Shown: in pieces, positions 58,709 to 64,000 of the stretch
Layout: each line of letters opens with the position of its first letter
Numbering within the stretch: position 1 is the first letter of the stretch
Assembly: GCA_965217865.1 (NCBI GenBank)
Contig: CBDCJO010000002.1
Coordinates: 3,872,001-3,936,000 of the forward strand
DNA: 64,000 bases
Source: Candidatus Latescibacterota bacterium
GTDB lineage: Bacteria; Latescibacterota; UBA2968; SICM01
Reading direction: 5' to 3'
Made by a program: the position numbers and the translations under genes
Notes under the pieces: model-generated
The model's input: only the letters and a program-made list of their open reading frames with translations
The model's database searches: none
Told to the model about the DNA's origin: nothing

Positions 58709-58724
58709 CGTGACTTTTCTCACA
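58709..58724. promoter_or_regulatory. CRP/FNR-family-like binding site
   Basis: aaaaCGTGA-cttttc-TCACAtaa, 9/10 match to TGTGA-N6-TCACA. Confidence 0.5.
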
Positions 58725-59156
58725 TAATTCTTCCCCCTTTTTTGCGTTTATTGATATTGACAGTATCCTGTTCGCGGAGAAAGGAGGTGGGTCGGTCAGG
58801 GGATTTGACGGGACTTTGATAGGGGTTGGAGATTCGGTGATTATATACTTGATAAAGTCATGATAGTGATGAAGGCTCTGTCTACTCAAACAATCTGTTG
58901 GCAGTCCCCATGCCGACAAATATAGAAACAGGACATCAAAAATCAGGTAAAGAAATCGCTCGAATCGGACGATCTCCGGCCAAGGGACGGGGCATTCTGC
59001 GAGACTTTCGCAAAAAACTCAACATTTTTGGATAAAGCAAATAGCCTTTGTCAAGTATATAATTCCCGGAGATTCTGTCATAGGCTTTTAGTCGTGCCGG
59101 GTCCTTTTTGCGAAGGTCCTGGGATAAAAGGTTGGTCCTTCTAAGGAGGGAAAGAC

Positions 59157-59531
59157 ATGCGATTGACACGATTGTTGCTCCTGATCGCTGGTGCAGCGTT
59201 GCTGCTGCCCGGGGTGGGGCTTGCCCAAGACCCGCAGCCTTGCGGGCCTCCCCCGCCACCCGATCCCGAGCTCGTGGATCATGTATTTTCGTTGATCGAT
59301 GCGAATGACGATGGCGTCCTGGACCCAGTGGAGGTCCACGAATGGGCCATGGTCGCCCACGCACCGGGGCCGGATGGAGAGCCCGCGGGGCTGATGCTCG
59401 TTGAGCCGGGCAAGTGGCATATGGTGCCGCCGATGCCAGGTGAGCCGCCACCTCCGGGTGACGAGCCCCCGCCGCCGGGTGATGAACCGCCACCGCCGGG
59501 TGATGAACCGCCTCCACCACCCCCTGAATGA
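59157..59531 (+). CDS. Secreted EF-hand, proline-rich repeat protein
   Basis: SD AAGGAGG; signal peptide ending GLA|QD; EF-hand DANDDGVLDPVE; (PPPPGDE)n tail. Confidence 0.85.
   Translation: MRLTRLLLLIAGAALLLPGVGLAQDPQPCGPPPPPDPELVDHVFSLIDANDDGVLDPVEVHEWAMVAHAPGPDGEPAGLMLVEPGKWHMVPPMPGEPPPPGDEPPPPGDEPPPPGDEPPPPPPE
59439..59524 (+). repeat. 21-bp coding tandem repeat (GDEPPPP)
   Basis: About four units GGTGA(T/C)GA(A/G)CCnCCnCCnCCn with synonymous variation. Confidence 0.85.
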
Positions 59532-59560
59532 TTCGGGCGGAAAGGCATGAATGCTCTGCG

Positions 59561-59593
59561 AAAAGGCAGGGGGTAACTACCCCCTGCCTTTTT
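59561..59593. terminator. Bidirectional terminator
   Basis: Perfect 15-bp inverted repeat AAAAGGCAGGGGGTA-ac-TACCCCCTGCCTTTT between convergent genes. Confidence 0.9.
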
Positions 59594-59678
59594 GATTATC
59601 CCCTATATCTCTTTTAGGTTCCCAACCTCCCCCTCCTGTCCAGTACCCTCCCTAAAAACGCCGGGATCAGAGCCAAGG

Positions 59679-61637
59679 CTAATTGGGCGTTCCAGTCACG
59701 AGCGTAATCAGAGAACCCAGGTTCGCCATCACGGCCTCTCCCATGATCAAGCCCAGAAAGAATGGTCGGATCCGGCCGTACAGAGAGGCACCTCCGTATT
59801 TCAAAAGGTTCCGCTTGATCAGCAACGCAAGGAGTATGCTGAGCCACCAGCCCGGTGCGAGCGTTCCGATGGCCAGGCCGATCGGATGGATGGGCCACCA
59901 GAAGAACCGCTTTCGGGCGAGGATCAGCAATCCTGTTCCCACAGCCCCGACTCCGGACCAGAGGATGCGAATGGGTTGTCCCTCTCCCGTCGGTTCCTTG
60001 ATGGCTTCCCCGAAGTAGTTGAGGTGGTAGTTCAGGGCTTTGATGACGTACCAGCTGTTTGTAAACCCGTATGTCCCCTGGGTGTAAGCGAAATGCAGCA
60101 GGGTCACAGCGGATACCAATCCCCCCACCAGCAATGCCAGGATCATCGCATAGAACAGGGGGCGAGATCGAACACCCTTACGATGGGTCAGTTTCATTGC
60201 GGTGGACGCACTGGCCATCACGTGCGGTCCCTCCGAAAAAGCCCACGGCTGGGCGAGGAAGAACCCGGTGATGGTCGGTCCCCCCAGCATCTCCGTGCCC
60301 GCCGTGTGGAGGAACACCTGCATGGGGCTCAGGGGGGCCCTGGCGGTTACCCCGGCCTCAGCCAGGATCCGCGTGATACCCAGGTAAGTCACCAGCATCA
60401 CCCCCACGAAGATGGGCACGATCCAGACCGAGACACCCGTCAGCCAGAGCCACCAGCAGGTGAAGGCCATTCCGACGATCGATCCGATGACCGCCGTTTG
60501 GTAGGGAATCATCTCATCCTGGTCATCCGCAGACGTCGCTGACCCGATCGTCTTTCGAAAGACATCCCTCAGATGGTTTCGGGCTTCATATAGACCTACC
60601 CCGACCAAAACGATCAGGGCCCCGAGCACCTCCTGATGCAGGTGGGTTTGGTGGGCATAAGGGCGATAGGGGGGCGTCCCCAGGATGCCGCTGCCGAACA
60701 CCTGTATCAGATAGAGTTGGAAAAAGGCGATGAAAGTGAAAAGGAGGATAGACCACAATATATCCAGGGAGACAAGGTAGCTGATGCCCAGGACGATGAA
60801 GTTGATGGAGAACGAAATTCCGATGGAGTTGCGGTAGATCCGGGTGTATGTGGAGAAGTTTATGGGGGGAAAGGCGGGGAAAAACCGGTGGACCATTCCG
60901 GACGATCCCCATAAGCCTACGAGAGAAAATCCGGACCAGAATAAGTTATTGTGGAAAAGCGGGCGTTCGCCCTCCTTGGCCTGCACCAGAGAAAGGGGCA
61001 GCTCGGCAAAGGGAAAAGAGAGCCTTTCTTGATCGACCCATCGCTTCCGGAAAATCACCATGAGCGAGATCATGGTCATGTAAAGCGACGCCAGGAACAC
61101 ACCCCACGCAAACAGAGGCCCGATCCACGCCCCGTAGGGAACTTTCCAGGGTTCTACTCCACCTTCAAAGAACCCCTTAACCACCGCAGGGTCTTTGATG
61201 GCTATGCCTTTGGGCAACAAGGGGATCACGTGAATCCCCCATTCGTTCTCAGTTGTGGCGTAGTGTACAAAACCGGCCATGTGCGGGAGCAAATATATGA
61301 CGGTCCCGTTGATGGGAACCGCGGAGGCCATCAACAGCATCGAGAAGATGACCATAAGCTCGGCCGGTTTCAGCCCAGAACGGAATAAGGCAAGACGCTT
61401 CAGAAGTGGGGTGAGACAGACCAGAAGGAACAGCAGGAAGAGGGCTCCGGTACCCTGTGCGTTCGCCCCCAAACCTCCGCCCAGTGCCTGTGTACAGATG
61501 GCCATGAATGCAAGCAGGGCACTCGCTATAGTACCGATCAGGACGGACCTCGGGGTAACTCCGGAAACCGGTAACGCCTCGACAGATCCGGTCTTCACCG
61601 GTTCGGCTATTATTTGGGCTTGAGCTTTATCGGACAC
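59679..61637 (-). CDS. DUF6785/DUF6784-type polytopic membrane protein (putative peptide transporter)
   Basis: 652 aa, many TMs; RKRWVDQERLSFP, RILAEAG, WWPIHPIG, YGG..Y..RPFFLGLI.G. Confidence 0.8.
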   Translation of the reverse strand: MSDKAQAQIIAEPVKTGSVEALPVSGVTPRSVLIGTIASALLAFMAICTQALGGGLGANAQGTGALFLLFLLVCLTPLLKRLALFRSGLKPAELMVIFSMLLMASAVPINGTVIYLLPHMAGFVHYATTENEWGIHVIPLLPKGIAIKDPAVVKGFFEGGVEPWKVPYGAWIGPLFAWGVFLASLYMTMISLMVIFRKRWVDQERLSFPFAELPLSLVQAKEGERPLFHNNLFWSGFSLVGLWGSSGMVHRFFPAFPPINFSTYTRIYRNSIGISFSINFIVLGISYLVSLDILWSILLFTFIAFFQLYLIQVFGSGILGTPPYRPYAHQTHLHQEVLGALIVLVGVGLYEARNHLRDVFRKTIGSATSADDQDEMIPYQTAVIGSIVGMAFTCWWLWLTGVSVWIVPIFVGVMLVTYLGITRILAEAGVTARAPLSPMQVFLHTAGTEMLGGPTITGFFLAQPWAFSEGPHVMASASTAMKLTHRKGVRSRPLFYAMILALLVGGLVSAVTLLHFAYTQGTYGFTNSWYVIKALNYHLNYFGEAIKEPTGEGQPIRILWSGVGAVGTGLLILARKRFFWWPIHPIGLAIGTLAPGWWLSILLALLIKRNLLKYGGASLYGRIRPFFLGLIMGEAVMANLGSLITLVTGTPN

Positions 61638-61684
61638 AAAGGACTCCGTGAAATGTGAAACGGAAACCCCATCCCTTCCCCACC

Positions 61685-61770
61685 CCGGAATACAAAAATC
61701 CAGGAGAAGATCAAAATCTACTGCCTTTCATTCTGATCCTGCATCCTGAATTCTGTATCCGGTATTCTCT
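61685..61770. repeat. Intergenic inverted degenerate heptamer array
   Basis: ATCCTGC ATCCTGA ATTCTGT ATCCGGT ATTCTCT units; partner arm CCGGAATACAAAAATCCAGGA. Confidence 0.55.
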
Positions 61771-62805
61771 TTATCCTGTCAGTTCTTTCCTGACGATTTT
61801 GGTACCTTCCACCATGGCCTTGAGCTTTAGGAAGGCAAGCCAACGTGGAAGCTGGAAGAAACCGCAATCGGGGGTCACGATCGCTTTCTCCGGGGCCACG
61901 TATTGGAGGGCTTCGCGGATGCGCTCCGCGACTTCCTCGGGTGGCTCGACGTAGAAGGATTTGACGTCTACGACCCCAAGCCCGACTTTTTTGGCGGAAG
62001 CGATCTCTTTCACGAGTTCAATTTCCTTCATCTCCCGGTTGGCGAATTCAAAAACCAGCTCATCACAATTGGCATCCATGATCTCGGGAAACATCCATCG
62101 GTATTGCCTTTTTCCACGGGGCCGGCTGGACAGGTTGCCGAAGCAGATGTGGAGGGCAAGCCTGGCCTTTACGCCCTCCACCGAGCGGTTGTAAAGGTCT
62201 ACCCAATCACCCGTTGACCCGGGTATAATGGCGAAGGAAGGCTCGTCCAGCTGGATGTAGTCCGCCCCGGCTTCGACCAGGGCTTTCAATTCGGTGTTGA
62301 TGGTGCCAGCCACCTCGTGAGCAAGTTCGAGACGGTCTTTGTAGATTTTTTTGTCCCGGAGCTGGATATGGATGGTGAGGGTCAGCGGGCCGGGACAGGT
62401 GGCCTTCAATGGACGGTCCGTATTTTCCTTTGCGTACCGGAACTCCGCTTCGATTCCCAGGCCTTCAGGGGCGACGATCCGCTCAACCGGTCGCCAGCGA
62501 AGCGGGCTGTCATAGCCGTATACCCCGGTTTTTCGCAGGGGCTCGATGGGCTCCAACCCCTTGAAGCGCTGATAGAAACCCTGAACGAAGTACCACCGGC
62601 GCATTTCCCCATCCGTGATGATGTCCACACCCGCCCGCTCCTGGTCACGAATGGCCATGTTTACGGCGTCGTCAATAGTTTCTTTCTGGTCCGTGACCCC
62701 GTAATTTCCCTTTTTGATCTCTTCGAGGGCCGTCCACAACCAGGAAGGGATAGCGTAACTGCCGATAACGGTCGTGGGCAGCAGGGGAGGCGTTTGACCA
62801 GGCAT
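61771..62805 (-). CDS. Cobalamin-independent methionine synthase family, catalytic-domain-only ('core' MetE-like)
   Basis: TTVIGSY, TDGEMRR, PGPLT, IQLDEP; Zn ligands HIC, E and PDCG; no N-terminal folate-binding barrel. Confidence 0.9.
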   Translation of the reverse strand: MPGQTPPLLPTTVIGSYAIPSWLWTALEEIKKGNYGVTDQKETIDDAVNMAIRDQERAGVDIITDGEMRRWYFVQGFYQRFKGLEPIEPLRKTGVYGYDSPLRWRPVERIVAPEGLGIEAEFRYAKENTDRPLKATCPGPLTLTIHIQLRDKKIYKDRLELAHEVAGTINTELKALVEAGADYIQLDEPSFAIIPGSTGDWVDLYNRSVEGVKARLALHICFGNLSSRPRGKRQYRWMFPEIMDANCDELVFEFANREMKEIELVKEIASAKKVGLGVVDVKSFYVEPPEEVAERIREALQYVAPEKAIVTPDCGFFQLPRWLAFLKLKAMVEGTKIVRKELTG

Positions 62806-63030
62806 AATCACTCCTTATCACGAAACAGATCGTATGATAATTGAGAACCGTCGCTGAAACTCAAGGTGAAACAGAGGATGCAAGCCTCACGGGATCGCCG
62901 CTTGGTCCACCCGGGAACACGAGGGTCAACCTTTCGCTGAACCCGCAAGGCCTTAGTCTTAATCGATGGATCTCAGAACTTTAACGGAAAGATCCAAAAT
63001 TGAGACCAAAATGGTCCTCCGAATCGGGTC

Positions 63031-63060
63031 AATATAGCATCCACGTCGCTATGGTGTCAA
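63031..63060 (-). promoter_or_regulatory. Promoter for the MetE-like gene
   Basis: Minus strand TTGACA-N18-TATATT, about 220 nt upstream of the start. Confidence 0.6.
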
Positions 63061-63241
63061 CGCTTTTCCTCGAAAGGGATTAAACCCATTGGGTTTGACC
63101 CATGGGAGAAAGAAATTTTCCCGCTTGTGTTCTGAAAGGGCCCTTGTTATTTTACTAAGCTTTGACCCTAGAGGGGTATAACCTCCAGGCATTTCTGGAA
63201 CTCTTTCAAAAAGCAGGGGTCCAACCCCAGAAAAAGACCTT

Positions 63242-64000
63242 ATGGGAAATCTGTTCAGCCGTGTGTTCGACCTTCGTCGAGAGAACTTTCGTCAGGCATT
63301 CCTGATGTTCGGTGGATTGATGTGCGCTGCAGCAGCAGGCCTTTCCGCACATCGGTACGGCGCTGACGGTCACATGCGCAGCGCTTCTCCTCAGACGGCT
63401 GGGAAGTCGGTTCGCCCTCCACCGTGTGATCATTGGGTTTTCCATGTCGCTGGGCGTCATCTCACTCATCCTTCGATGGGCCCTCGTGGAAGGGCCCCCC
63501 TGGCTCACCATCCCGATCTACCTCTGGGCTGATGTCGTGGCCACCCTGGTCATCGTGCAGTTCTGGACCTTCACGGCTTCCGCGTTCAACGCGCGTGAGG
63601 CGAAACGCATCTTCGCCTTCATCGGCACCGGAGGAGCCCTCTCCGGCGCGTTGTTCGGCCTGTTGATTCGAAATTATGTGCGCGTCATCGGAACGGAGAA
63701 CCTCCTGATCGTCGGCTCCATCTTCGAAGCCCCCCCGCAGCGCCAAAAAGGCGACCCGTACTCATGCCCATGTCCGAACAATCGCTGCCATGGTGATCGT
63801 GTCGACCATCGCGGTAACGATGATCGACTACCAGTTCAAGGCCGATGCCCGTGCTCATTATCCCTCCGGGGGGGACCTTGCTTCCTTCTTCGGGATATTT
63901 TACGCCTATAACAGCGTAGCGAGTCTTATCCTGCAGGCATTCTTCGTAAGCCGAATTTTGAAGAAAGGCGGACTCCTGGTTTCGCTCATGATCCTTCCGT
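63242..64000 (+). pseudogene. Npt1/Npt2 (TLC ATP/ADP-translocase-like) transporter, fragmented and running off the window
   Basis: IYLWA..IVQFW..FNAREAKRIFAFIG.GG in one frame and IDYQFK..LASFFG.FY..ILP in another; frame breaks near 63320 and 63730-63775. Confidence 0.75.

Noticed and set aside
62820-63025. SAM-I or cobalamin riboswitch upstream of the MetE-like gene
   Set aside because: Core motifs (AUCnAGAG..GCAACC..GUGC; GGGAA..GCnACUG) are absent; kept only as an unknown leader.

Overview
Chromosomal window from a moderately GC-rich, diderm bacterium. Gene content (fused SecDF, ExbB-ExbD-ExbD-TonB with PstS-like and TPR partners, DUF6785-type transporter, several Gfo/Idh/MocA oxidoreductases, polysaccharide-lyase-fold proteins) suggests an FCB-group candidate lineage such as Latescibacterota; this is inference only. 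About 57 coding loci and one tRNA-Met(CAT) are recognisable; no CRISPR array, integrase, transposase or rRNA was seen. Housekeeping genes include purA, moaA, pyrB, xth, trmJ, secDF, tatA, fsa/tal, kduD and acoCAB-like genes. Most notable: (1) a self-contained nuoA-C-D-H-J-K operon lacking every Fe-S subunit (B, I, E-G) and L/M/N, converging on a membrane diheme cytochrome c; (2) a flagellar-type MotA/MotB stator pair with no flagellar genes, embedded in a SecDF/ExbBD-TonB/TatA proton-motive-force cluster; (3) a promoter-hairpin-T6 unit before kduD (candidate sRNA or attenuator); (4) intergenic inverted heptamer-array hairpins; (5) a Cys-rich MerR with its own operator ahead of a sigma70 and a pentapeptide-repeat gene; (6) repeated frameshifts and internal deletions, including a 33-codon remnant of a NanA/DapA-family gene, which may be long-read assembly error or real gene decay. 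All family assignments come from reading motifs by eye, not from database searches.
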